Shown: positions 56,047-64,000 of the stretch, piece by piece
How the letters are laid out: each line of letters opens with the position of its first letter
Position numbering within the stretch: position 1 is the first letter of the stretch
Assembly (NCBI GenBank): GCA_910577295.1
Contig: CAJTLS010000015.1
Location: forward strand, 823 to 64,822
Direction: 5' to 3'
Length of the DNA stretch: 64,000 nt
Source of the DNA: an uncultured Eubacterium sp.
Lineage (GTDB): Bacteria; Bacillota; Clostridia; Lachnospirales; Lachnospiraceae
The notes under the pieces: model-generated
The model's database searches: none
Told to the model about the DNA's origin: nothing
Seen by the model: the letters and a program-made list of their open reading frames with translations, nothing else
Program-made: the position numbers and the translations under genes

Positions 56047-56817
56047 GTGAATGAGTTTGTAAAAAATTTAGAGCGAATCGAATTTGTCGTTACTATGGCT
56101 TGTACGGGAAAATGTAAACATTGCTCCCAAGGGAACCACGACTCTGTTTCCGAACATTTTCGTGCCGATGTGGCGGAAAAAGTGATATCCGATATATGCG
56201 GGAAATATAAAATTCAATCGCTAATGACTTTTGGTGGAGAGCCGCTGCTTTATCCAGAGGTCGTTTACCGGATACATAAAGCGGCAGCGGAGCAGGGAAT
56301 CGCAAAAAGGGATTTGATTACCAATGGTTTTTTTACGAAAGACAATAAGCGCATTAATGAAGTTGTTGAAATGCTTGCGGATAGCGGGCTCAATGGAATT
56401 TGTCTATCCATTGATGCCTTTCATCAGGAAACAATACCGTTAGAGCCTGTCAAATATTTTGCGGAGTGTGTGGCAAAAACTGACATGTCTATAAAGGTTC
56501 ATCCGGCATGGCTGGTTGATGAAACAGATAATAATCCATACAACGTAAGAACAAGGGAGATTATGAAAGAGTTTGATTATCTGAAAATTCCTGTTAGTTC
56601 GGGAAATGTAATTTTTCCGAGCGGAAATGCTGTCAAATATTTGGGTGAATATTTTGATGAGAATAAGGAATATACAAGCCCTTATGATGAGGATCCGAAA
56701 GATATCAGAGCAATTGGCTTTTTACCAAATGGCGATGTGTTAAATGGTAATGTATATCGGGATAATATAATCGACATTTTAAATGGGTATAGGCCATTAG
56801 ATTGCTATGGAGTATAG
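56047..56817 (+). CDS. Radical SAM domain protein
   Basis: CxxxCxxC cluster motif MACTGKCKHCSQ and a GGEPLL glycine-rich SAM motif. GTG start after a GGAGGA SD. Confidence 0.7.
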   Translation: MNEFVKNLERIEFVVTMACTGKCKHCSQGNHDSVSEHFRADVAEKVISDICGKYKIQSLMTFGGEPLLYPEVVYRIHKAAAEQGIAKRDLITNGFFTKDNKRINEVVEMLADSGLNGICLSIDAFHQETIPLEPVKYFAECVAKTDMSIKVHPAWLVDETDNNPYNVRTREIMKEFDYLKIPVSSGNVIFPSGNAVKYLGEYFDENKEYTSPYDEDPKDIRAIGFLPNGDVLNGNVYRDNIIDILNGYRPLDCYGV

Positions 56818-56933
56818 AGGAAAAAATGCAAATTTAATATATAAGTATGTTGTGGCTCATTGCAATGGCGAGAGAATACTTAGTGGTATTGACAACGATT
56901 CGAAAGAAATATTGAAAGGGAAAGGAGACTATC

Positions 56934-57386
56934 ATGGCATTTTGTTTTAAATGTGGAAATCAATTACAAGACGGAGCCGTATTTTGTTCCAATTGTGGAA
57001 CAAGAATTGATGGTGCGGCAAATACAAAATCAGAAGAGGAAGAAAAAGTTTTATTGGAAGGTTTATGCAATAGGATTAAAAGCAAGTTTAATGTTCAGAA
57101 CGGACATGGGTTGCTTACAAATAAAAGATTTATTTATAACAAACATAGTCTGGCAAAAATAGCAGCAATTGGTCTGCTTGTTAATTTTACAAAAGGTACC
57201 TATGATTTTGATATTAAACTTTCCGACATTAAAGAAGTAAAGGATGGCAGGCAGGGGGTAAGCAAAACTATCATTTTTGTGAATCGATATGGTGAAGAAT
57301 ACAACTTCTATATTAAGAACAGGCAGAAGTGGGTTATTGAACTAACAAATTTGTTAGGAAGAGAGAAAGTCCACTGCTCCTTATAG
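56934..57386 (+). CDS. Zinc-ribbon protein with a PH/GRAM-like C-terminal domain
   Basis: MAFCFKCGNQLQDGAVFCSNCG zinc ribbon; the remainder is soluble. Confidence 0.55.
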   Translation: MAFCFKCGNQLQDGAVFCSNCGTRIDGAANTKSEEEEKVLLEGLCNRIKSKFNVQNGHGLLTNKRFIYNKHSLAKIAAIGLLVNFTKGTYDFDIKLSDIKEVKDGRQGVSKTIIFVNRYGEEYNFYIKNRQKWVIELTNLLGREKVHCSL

Positions 57387-57419
57387 TTTGAATTCAAATT
57401 TTGAGTCAGGAATACGCAG

Positions 57420-57465
57420 ACCGCCGTTATGGAATTTCGCCATATGCGGCGGTTTCTAATTTTTC
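57420..57465 (+). terminator. Rho-independent terminator
   Basis: ACCGCCGTTATGG...CCATATGCGGCGGT stem followed by a T-rich run. Confidence 0.6.
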
Positions 57466-57639
57466 TGTATTGGCTATGTGTGTTTTGTAGGCAATCTGCT
57501 CCTGTGACTTAGTGGAGACAGACCATATCTGAGCAGAGGTATTTGCACTTTTATGCAAAAAACGTCAATGACTATTAATGATTAATGATGATTGACCGAT
57601 ATACAAATTGACAATATACAGCGAAAGGAAAGAAGCGGT

Positions 57640-58065
57640 ATGGCAAAGGAAGAAATTACAACGAGTGAATGGCAGATTATGGAAGTTCTGTGGGCCTGTG
57701 GCGAACCCCTGACATCTTCCGAGGTCTACAAAAGGATGAAAGGAAATGTGGAAATGTCAATGAGAATGGTGCGGGTGTTGATGAATCGCCTGAACCAAAA
57801 AGACATTCTCGGTTATACAGTGGATGAGCGCGATTCGAGGGTTTACCACTATTATGTGCAGAAGTCAAGAGAGGAATGCGTGAAAGAAAAGAGCAGGAAG
57901 TTCGTGGACAGCTACTTTTCCGGCAATGGGACAAATGCGATGGCAGCGCTGCTACATAGTTTTGCCCTGACGGATGAACAGATTGAGGAGCTGGAAGAGA
58001 TTTTAGAGAAAAGCCGCAACCGCAGCACAGAGTCTCCGAACAAAGAGGGTGGGCCCCATGCCTGA
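57640..58065 (+). CDS. BlaI/MecI/CopY family transcriptional repressor
   Basis: ITTSEWQIMEVLW...LTSSEVYKRM...VRVLMNRLNQKDIL is a winged-helix Penicillinase_R pattern. Confidence 0.8.
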   Translation: MAKEEITTSEWQIMEVLWACGEPLTSSEVYKRMKGNVEMSMRMVRVLMNRLNQKDILGYTVDERDSRVYHYYVQKSREECVKEKSRKFVDSYFSGNGTNAMAALLHSFALTDEQIEELEEILEKSRNRSTESPNKEGGPHA

Positions 58066-59305
58066 CTGGTCACAGATTGGCAGCCTCATGGATTTCTGTG
58101 CGGCGTATTACACGACTCAGCTTGTGCGGTGTGCGGTCATTTCCCTTTTGCTGGTCGCGATTGTGATGCTCTTCAGAAAGATACTTTTTTCAGGCCGGAC
58201 TTTTTTAAAGGGGCTGTTATGGTCATCATTCCTTCTTGTCCCGTATCTGGGACGACTAAAGCTGTTTTATGAAAATGAAGTCATGCTGAGAATAACATGG
58301 TGGATAACGCAGGGGACAATGACCTGCCTGTGGGCTGACCGCATTTATGTGGCAGGCATTTTTATATCGGCTATATGCATATTCGGAAAACGGCTCCGCC
58401 TCCGTAAGTCTGTTGCCGGTATGGAAAAGGTTTCGCTGGATAATATTCAGGTCAGTGTTCCGGACATGAATATTACGCCGTTTACGGTCGGAATGCTGAA
58501 ACCAAAGATTGTCATTCCCAAAGTCATATTTGAGAACTATGACAGGGATGAACTAGCGGCTGTTGTGCAGCATGAGCAGACGCATATTCGGTTAGGACAT
58601 TTGTGGTTTGGACTTGTATGGGATATTCTGCGGTGCCTTTTGTGGGTGAATCCGCTGCTGACAATCGTCCAGAAACAGTTCCGGGCAGATATGGAAGACA
58701 TTTGTGACAGGGTGTGCATACAAAATAGTGGGAGGACAGCGCACGAGTATGGTCTGGTGTTGCTGAAAACTCTGAAACTGCTGTGCTCCGGTTCGGAGAA
58801 TACGCCGACTGCCGTTACCTATGTCAGGGAAAAGGAATTTGCAGACATGAAAAGACGGATGGGTGGGATTGTTGGTTTTCGTCCGTACCGGAAAAGGATG
58901 TGTGCGGGTATGGCAGCGGCTGCCGTTCTGGTGATTGCGTCTATTTTGCTGGCGGTATATATCCATTCCTATGCCCGATATAGTGAGGATGAAAACATAC
59001 TGGTATATGAATATGCTGATGGTGAAGGGACTGTTATTGCAAACGGTAACGGCAGACTTCAACAGATGATTTCACATGATGACAGCTATGTTTACGTGGA
59101 CAGGGAGGCATTTGAAGCTTTTTGCGCGGCAAACAATGTAGCGGGAGATGTTTTCATAGTTTTTGGAGGTGTTGAAAAACTTCCCGGTTTTTCAAGTGGG
59201 GGAGAATCCTGCTTATATAAAACCGGTTCAGATGCTAGAGTAGTTCGGATTCCTTATGAAAAGAAGATGAATGGCTGGCTGGCGGCGTTGTTTAAAATAT
59301 TGTAA
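58058..59305 (+). CDS. BlaR1/MecR1-like M56 peptidase-family membrane sensor lacking a recognisable penicillin-binding domain
   Basis: HEQTHIRLGH (HExxH) between TM segments. Overlaps the blaI-like stop. The C-terminal domain is not transpeptidase-like. Confidence 0.75.
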   Translation: MPDWSQIGSLMDFCAAYYTTQLVRCAVISLLLVAIVMLFRKILFSGRTFLKGLLWSSFLLVPYLGRLKLFYENEVMLRITWWITQGTMTCLWADRIYVAGIFISAICIFGKRLRLRKSVAGMEKVSLDNIQVSVPDMNITPFTVGMLKPKIVIPKVIFENYDRDELAAVVQHEQTHIRLGHLWFGLVWDILRCLLWVNPLLTIVQKQFRADMEDICDRVCIQNSGRTAHEYGLVLLKTLKLLCSGSENTPTAVTYVREKEFADMKRRMGGIVGFRPYRKRMCAGMAAAAVLVIASILLAVYIHSYARYSEDENILVYEYADGEGTVIANGNGRLQQMISHDDSYVYVDREAFEAFCAANNVAGDVFIVFGGVEKLPGFSSGGESCLYKTGSDARVVRIPYEKKMNGWLAALFKIL

Positions 59306-59398
59306 GAGAAAAGGATTTCAAAAAATTATTAGGGAGGACAAATCCTCTGCTCCTGTAAGGGGCAGTCGCATTTTCTTTCGGAAAACAGGAGGATTATT

Positions 59399-60163
59399 AT
59401 GGCAATTATAGGAGTGAGCAATTACAACAGTGTTTATGAAAACACCTATGTTTCATCAAAAAAGGAAGAAACAAAAAAAACAGCGGCTGCGCAGAAAAGC
59501 GCTGGAACATTAAAGAAGAACAGCAATGAGGAATATCTTGATAATTTGCAGAAACAGTTTCCTAATATGAAGTTACAAGCTGGCTATGGGGTTAATACAA
59601 AAAATGATGGTAAAGTAGATGTTTTGAATATTAGCCCGAAACTTTTGGAGAAGATGCAGAATAATCCAAAGGCAGCAAAGGAATATACGCAGAGATTGAA
59701 AGATGTGGAAGCTGCACATAAGTATGTACATAGTTTTTTTGCAGCAACGGGAAGTACAGTTGTATGCCGCCATGCCTATTTAGATGAAAATGGAAATTAC
59801 AGTAATTTTACCGTTTCAGTAAGAAAAGATGAGTTAAACGAAAAACTCCGTAAAGAAGCACAGGAAAATGCCGAAAAGCAGATTGAAAAGAATCGTGAAA
59901 ATGCGCGTGAAAAATCCGAACAGCTTGCGGAGAAAAAGGAGGAAAAAGAAGAGGAAGCGAATGCGGATGAGAGCAAGACAGAACAGGCGGAGAAACTGCT
60001 GACAGGTAAATTAGAACAGGCAGAGGATGGGAAAGTATTGCTTGACAACGACGATATACAGAAAGTTATTGAAGCAGCAAGGGAACAGGAGGAAGGACAG
60101 GCAGTTAAAGAGCGCGGTAATAATGCGAATGCAACAGGTGCAAATGTGGATTTACAGATATAA
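59399..60163 (+). CDS. Hypothetical E/K-rich protein, paralogue of 63288-63944
   Basis: The shared N-terminus MAI.G....YN.VYE..Y and similar internal blocks. Strong SD. Confidence 0.55.
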   Translation: MAIIGVSNYNSVYENTYVSSKKEETKKTAAAQKSAGTLKKNSNEEYLDNLQKQFPNMKLQAGYGVNTKNDGKVDVLNISPKLLEKMQNNPKAAKEYTQRLKDVEAAHKYVHSFFAATGSTVVCRHAYLDENGNYSNFTVSVRKDELNEKLRKEAQENAEKQIEKNRENAREKSEQLAEKKEEKEEEANADESKTEQAEKLLTGKLEQAEDGKVLLDNDDIQKVIEAAREQEEGQAVKERGNNANATGANVDLQI

Positions 60164-60201
60164 GAAAGAAGTCATGCCGTTCATCAACTATTTAGGGAAA
60201 G

Positions 60202-60230
60202 AAGGACTATTTAGGTAGTCCTTTTTTCTT
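60202..60230 (+). terminator. Rho-independent terminator
   Basis: AAGGACTA / TAGTCCTT stem followed by TTTTT. Confidence 0.6.
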
Positions 60231-60286
60231 ACTTTATAGGAAAGACCGTCCTGCGCAGAGTAAGAATCAGCGAAGCTGATTCCTAG

Positions 60287-60330
60287 AGAACTTTAGTTCT
60301 TTAGTGTTTTTTAGATGGCTGCGCTTTTCA
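60287..60330 (+). repeat. Exact 44-bp repeat, copy 1 (core of a ~100-bp tandem unit)
   Basis: AGAACTTTAGTTCTTTAGTGTTTTTTAGATGGCTGCGCTTTTCA is identical to 60387-60430. Confidence 0.9.
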
Positions 60331-60386
60331 ACCGCCGCTTTTTTATATTATAGGAAAGTGCGCCCAGTGCGGAGCGAAAAACACGA

Positions 60387-60430
60387 AGAACTTTAGTTCT
60401 TTAGTGTTTTTTAGATGGCTGCGCTTTTCA
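60387..60430 (+). repeat. Exact 44-bp repeat, copy 2
   Basis: Identical to 60287-60330, offset by exactly 100 bp. Confidence 0.9.
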
Positions 60431-60574
60431 GTCAGCCATTTTTTATGGGAATAATAAGAGTAGTGTCGGGATGAAAAACAAAAAATCTGCGTTTCGCGCG
60501 GCTAAAATAACCATTCACGAAACAGGTGTTAGAGATTCCCCTTATTTTTCCGATAAGGTAGTTGAAGACGGGAG

Positions 60575-61303
60575 GTGGCAGATACGATAAAAATTGCAGT
60601 GTGTGATGATGAAAAAAATATAAGGTCTTATCTTGTTTCGCTAATCAAAAAGCAGGACAGAGAATGTAGTATTACGGAATATGCCTCTGCCGATGAGTAC
60701 CTGTCAGATGGCAGAGAGTATGATTTGGTATTTCTGGATATAGAGATGGAAAGCTCCCATACGGACATGGATGGCATGGGATTGGCAGGATATATCCGAA
60801 ACATGGAGGTTCGGAAACAGCCCATCATCATTTTTGTAACAGGATATGAAAAGTATGTTTATGACGCATTTGACGTCGGGGCGTTCCAGTATTTGGTAAA
60901 GCCTGTAGACGAACAAAAATTTGCCGAAGTGTTTGAGCGGGCAGTGAGAATAGTATCGGAGGCGGAACGGCGGAAGAAAAAACTTGTGCTCCGTTATGGC
61001 AGCGAGAGAAAGGTGATACCACTGAGTGACATTTATTATATGGAAAGCCGGAATCATACTATCGTTTTGTGCCTGAAAAGTGGAACTATGGAATACGCTG
61101 CAAAAATGGGTGATTTGGAGGAAGAACTGGCGGGGCAGTTTTACCGCATCCATCGAGGATACCTAATCAATCTTTTCCATGTGGAGGGATACAACAGGAC
61201 GGAAGTAAGGATGGCGAACGGAGATAAGTTGCTGCTTTCGAGATATAAATATGATGGGTTTGTGCAGGCGTACATGAATTACATTTCGGAGGAAAGTCTA
61301 TGA
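60575..61303 (+). CDS. LytTR family response regulator (second copy)
   Basis: IAVCDDE...FLDIEM receiver motifs and a C-terminal FYRIHRGYLINLFHV LytTR motif. Confidence 0.85.
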   Translation: MADTIKIAVCDDEKNIRSYLVSLIKKQDRECSITEYASADEYLSDGREYDLVFLDIEMESSHTDMDGMGLAGYIRNMEVRKQPIIIFVTGYEKYVYDAFDVGAFQYLVKPVDEQKFAEVFERAVRIVSEAERRKKKLVLRYGSERKVIPLSDIYYMESRNHTIVLCLKSGTMEYAAKMGDLEEELAGQFYRIHRGYLINLFHVEGYNRTEVRMANGDKLLLSRYKYDGFVQAYMNYISEESL

Positions 61304-62712
61304 GCCAGTCAACATTTCAAACAATAAGCAATATATTGGAAATTTGGAAAAATGTCATACAGTCCATCCTGTTCCTTGTTTTGTGGGCGGCGCTCTTTCA
61401 TAAAAAGAAAGAGAGAAAGGACGTTATTGCAGCAATCCTGTTTATTTTGGCAAATACAGGTATAGGATTTCTGCCATGTGCCTCATGGGTCAGGTATGCT
61501 GTTTCTGCTGCTGTCATAATAGGATATGGAGCGCTATGCTGTAAAAAGCAGATTAGTAAAGTGGTCTTTGCCGTGCCTGCCTTTTATAATCTTCATTGCC
61601 TGAGTTATTTAATTGCCAATAGCATTCATGTGGAGACGGTGAGGAGATTTGTCAAAGAGGTTGATACTTCGCAGGATGGCTATGTACAGCAGATGTATTA
61701 TGGTGCAACGGTAGGAATGTTTTTATTAGTCCTTTTTTATTCGGCATTATTAACAGCTATGGTGCTCCTTATTTGCAGATTAGTGAAAGGAATCGGAGTA
61801 ATGACATGGCAGGATGTGATATTGCTTTCCGTTCTCAATTTTGTAGGCAGTATGATAACAAATATTGTTGTAGAACTGTATGTAGTGCAAATTGGAGAAG
61901 GCGCCTTTGTTCTGTTTGATGAAAAGCGGGAACTATTGTGGAAATTGCCCGCGATAGCAGTTTTCATTTTTGCGGGGGAAGCTGCGCTCATCTATTTCTG
62001 GCAGAGATACCGCGTTCTGCTTGCCGCCAGACAGAAACATTTTGTAGAGGAGCAGCAGGTCAGGGCCATGAAGAGACGTCTGGAAGAGGCGGAAAATTTT
62101 TATGGCAGTATCCGCAAAGTACGGCATGAGATGAAGAACCATATGGCGAACATTAAAGGACTGGCAGGAGCCGGACAGTACGAGGAAATAGAGGACTATG
62201 TTCAGAAAATGGATGTAACCATGCAAAAATTAGAATATAAGTATGTGACGGGAAATGCGGTTACCGATGTTATTATCAATGATAAATGCCGCAGGGCAGA
62301 GAAATTAGGAATCCGGTTTGCTGCAGACTTCCGGTATGATGGGAAAATTCCTGTATTCGACTTGGGAATCATACTCAACAATCTTCTGGATAATGCCATA
62401 GAGGCTTGTGAGAAGCTAGAATCGGGAGAAAAATTTATACGCCTTACCCTGAAACGCAAGAAGCAGTTTTTATTATTGGAAGTAGAAAACAATTTTGACG
62501 GAACTGTTCCCATACAGACGGATGAAAACCTGATACCAATCACAACGAAGCCGAGCGCCCTGCCGGAAATTGTTACGGAGCATGGAATTGGGCTTGAAAA
62601 TGTGTGTGATGTGGCGGAGAGGTATTTTGGCGGTGTAAACATAAAAGTAAAAGGGAATGTGTTTCATGTGACAGTAATGCTGCAGCAGGGAGAGGGGGAA
62701 GAAATTGAGTAA
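61300..62712 (+). CDS. AgrC-like (HPK10) membrane sensor histidine kinase (second copy)
   Basis: ATGA overlap with the regulator. Multiple TM segments, H-box VRHEMKNH, N-box LNNLLDNAIEA and G-box EHGIGLENV. Confidence 0.8.
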   Translation: MSQSTFQTISNILEIWKNVIQSILFLVLWAALFHKKKERKDVIAAILFILANTGIGFLPCASWVRYAVSAAVIIGYGALCCKKQISKVVFAVPAFYNLHCLSYLIANSIHVETVRRFVKEVDTSQDGYVQQMYYGATVGMFLLVLFYSALLTAMVLLICRLVKGIGVMTWQDVILLSVLNFVGSMITNIVVELYVVQIGEGAFVLFDEKRELLWKLPAIAVFIFAGEAALIYFWQRYRVLLAARQKHFVEEQQVRAMKRRLEEAENFYGSIRKVRHEMKNHMANIKGLAGAGQYEEIEDYVQKMDVTMQKLEYKYVTGNAVTDVIINDKCRRAEKLGIRFAADFRYDGKIPVFDLGIILNNLLDNAIEACEKLESGEKFIRLTLKRKKQFLLLEVENNFDGTVPIQTDENLIPITTKPSALPEIVTEHGIGLENVCDVAERYFGGVNIKVKGNVFHVTVMLQQGEGEEIE

Positions 62713-62764
62713 ATGGCATCAAAGTGACTTTTATTAAATGAAGTGGAAAAACAGGGGGTAAAAA

Positions 62765-63274
62765 ATGGTTATCAGCGGAAACGGGCTTAAATTTTGTTAC
62801 AATATGACAACAGCGAAAAATACAAAAGATGTGAACGATATGGGGAAATTTGCATTAGAGAAGACAGGAAACACAAGGGAATTATCAGAGCCGGAAGAGA
62901 TGGAATTGTTCAAGAAAGAGTTTTACGAAGACCTTTCCAAGCTTACAGTACACAAGACATTGAACAATGTTGCAATTAATATTTCAGAAGCAGGATTTAA
63001 AGCGATGAAAGAGGAACCGCAGTATCGGGAAAAAATTCTTTCGCTGCTTCAAAGGGATTTGGGAAGTTCGGTTGCTCCGAGAAATTGTTCTGCAGTATTC
63101 ACGGTAGGGGCAACATTAAATGAGTACAGAGGGGATTCGTGGCCTGTAGGCAATGATTCAGAATTTTATGCCCATTCTCGGAGGAGCTTTTTTAAGAAGA
63201 TGGGTAATCAAAGAGACAGGCGCACAAAACTGCTGGAAGAATATATGCAAAAATGGAAAAATATAAAATTTTAA
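62765..63274 (+). CDS. Hypothetical protein
   Basis: 169-aa ORF with an AGGGGG SD. No recognised motif. Confidence 0.45.
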   Translation: MVISGNGLKFCYNMTTAKNTKDVNDMGKFALEKTGNTRELSEPEEMELFKKEFYEDLSKLTVHKTLNNVAINISEAGFKAMKEEPQYREKILSLLQRDLGSSVAPRNCSAVFTVGATLNEYRGDSWPVGNDSEFYAHSRRSFFKKMGNQRDRRTKLLEEYMQKWKNIKF

Positions 63275-63287
63275 GGGGGATGAAATT

Positions 63288-63944
63288 ATGGCAATTTCAG
63301 GACTTGGAGACAATTATAACAATGTGTACGAGAGTGACTATGCAGCACAGAAAACTGCGGCATCTAAAAAAGTGGAACCGAAAGCTGCCGTACCCGCACA
63401 GGCAGGAAAAGCAAAGGATGTCGGGGAAAAGGCAGTATCGGATTATTATTCTTATCTGCAGAAAAATTATGATGGTATGTCTAAGGGCAATGTGGCGGTA
63501 TCCGGCGGGTATTTGAAAAAATGTTCGGGAGATTCCCAAAAGGCGAAAGAGCTGGAGGATTTTCTGAAAAAGATACCAGAACTTGAAAGACAAGGATATG
63601 AGCAGCTTTCCGCACAAAACCGAGGCTTAGGCGGGACAGTGACTTATTATCAGCAGACCTGGTCAGTCGGCAGCGATGGCAGCATACAGAGTACCGTATA
63701 TTCGGTAACAGAAACAGGGATGACCAATGCGGAAAGAATGAAAAAGAACATGGACGAGCGGCTGGAGAAGCAGAAAGAGAAGAAAGCGGAAGCAGAAAAA
63801 GTAGAGGAGAAAAAAGAAGAGAAGGCGGAGCAGGAAATTACGGTTAAGTATGTAGAAGCAGAATCTGAGCTGGAAGCGAAGATGATGATGGAGAAAGAAA
63901 AGCCGGAAGATGTGTACTATCCTAAAGTTGATATGAATGTTTAG
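63288..63944 (+). CDS. Hypothetical E/K-rich protein, paralogue of 59399-60163
   Basis: N-terminal MAISGLGDNYNNVYESDY aligns with MAIIGVSNYNSVYENTY. Charged C-terminal tail. Confidence 0.55.
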   Translation: MAISGLGDNYNNVYESDYAAQKTAASKKVEPKAAVPAQAGKAKDVGEKAVSDYYSYLQKNYDGMSKGNVAVSGGYLKKCSGDSQKAKELEDFLKKIPELERQGYEQLSAQNRGLGGTVTYYQQTWSVGSDGSIQSTVYSVTETGMTNAERMKKNMDERLEKQKEKKAEAEKVEEKKEEKAEQEITVKYVEAESELEAKMMMEKEKPEDVYYPKVDMNV

Positions 63945-64000
63945 AATTAAAAAGGTTAATGAAAATGGATATAAATAATCTGCAAAGAACACTGCCGTAT

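Noticed and set aside
57497-57507. 11-mer TCTGCTCCTGT shared between the blaI upstream region and the region upstream of 59399 (59348-59358)
   Set aside because: Hundreds of chance 11-mer matches are expected in 64 kb, and there is no extended similarity or symmetry around them.
60231-60440. Tandem repeat considered as a CRISPR array
   Set aside because: There are only two copies, a 100-bp period, a 44-bp core with partly similar flanks, and no cas genes in the window. It is not CRISPR-like.
60315-60474. Two tiny ORFs starting MAALF (12 and 19 aa) inside the tandem units, considered as AgrD-like autoinducer precursors
   Set aside because: There is no SD upstream of either ATG. The peptides are much shorter than AgrD-type propeptides and diverge right after the repeat core, and no AgrB is nearby. 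The shared N-terminus is simply a consequence of the DNA repeat.

Overview
This is a 64-kb chromosomal window whose gene content looks like a gut Clostridia/Lachnospiraceae-type Firmicute; that taxonomic guess is inference from gene families only.

Layout, left to right:
- 1-~4950: right-hand end of an integrated element. It carries a sigma-70 region-4 protein, an ORF-free hairpin-dense 0.5-kb segment, a PemK/MazF toxin, a TnpW-like peptide and a large serine recombinase, and it abuts a truncated tRNA-Asn.
- 5.1-11.7 kb: decayed accessory DNA, an AraC regulator divergent from a GH115 glycosidase, and an orphan RelB/DinJ antitoxin remnant.
- 11.8-17.9 kb: the first AgrA/AgrC-like LytTR two-component pair, a UvrA paralogue lacking the UvrB-binding region, and a serine hydrolase.
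- 18.4-22.6 kb: four tRNAs (CAT, Asp, Leu, Arg), a LysM-GH18 spore cortex-type hydrolase, and a Leu T-box leader driving a LeuA gene fused in frame to an AraC-type HTH domain.
- 22.7-25.9 kb: a DtxR-family regulator with feoA, feoB and a Cys-rich peptide gene, plus candidate operators.
- 26-35.2 kb: carboxylesterase, MBOAT O-acyltransferase with a partner protein, GH31 glycosidase, and a degenerate-GGDEF/EAL protein.
- 35.2-49.8 kb: the most unusual region. A 163-bp element bounded by perfect 23-bp inverted repeats, followed by 21-bp-phased direct repeats, precedes a three-gene RHS polymorphic-toxin operon: a DNRLRE/Kelch protein, a membrane protein and a 2038-aa RHS protein with a PD-(D/E)xK-like C-terminal toxin. 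An AT-rich array of immunity-like genes follows. It contains a 471-bp near-identical duplication and a deletion junction with short shared homology.
- 49.8-54.5 kb: a 1547-aa repeat-rich surface protein.
- 54.6-64 kb: HU, a HAD remnant, zinc-ribbon proteins, a radical SAM protein, BlaI/BlaR1-like genes, a 100-bp tandem repeat, and the second LytTR pair flanked by paralogous E/K-rich proteins.

No CRISPR array, rRNA or intact transposase was seen. All calls rest on reading motifs in the supplied translations and DNA. No database search was run.
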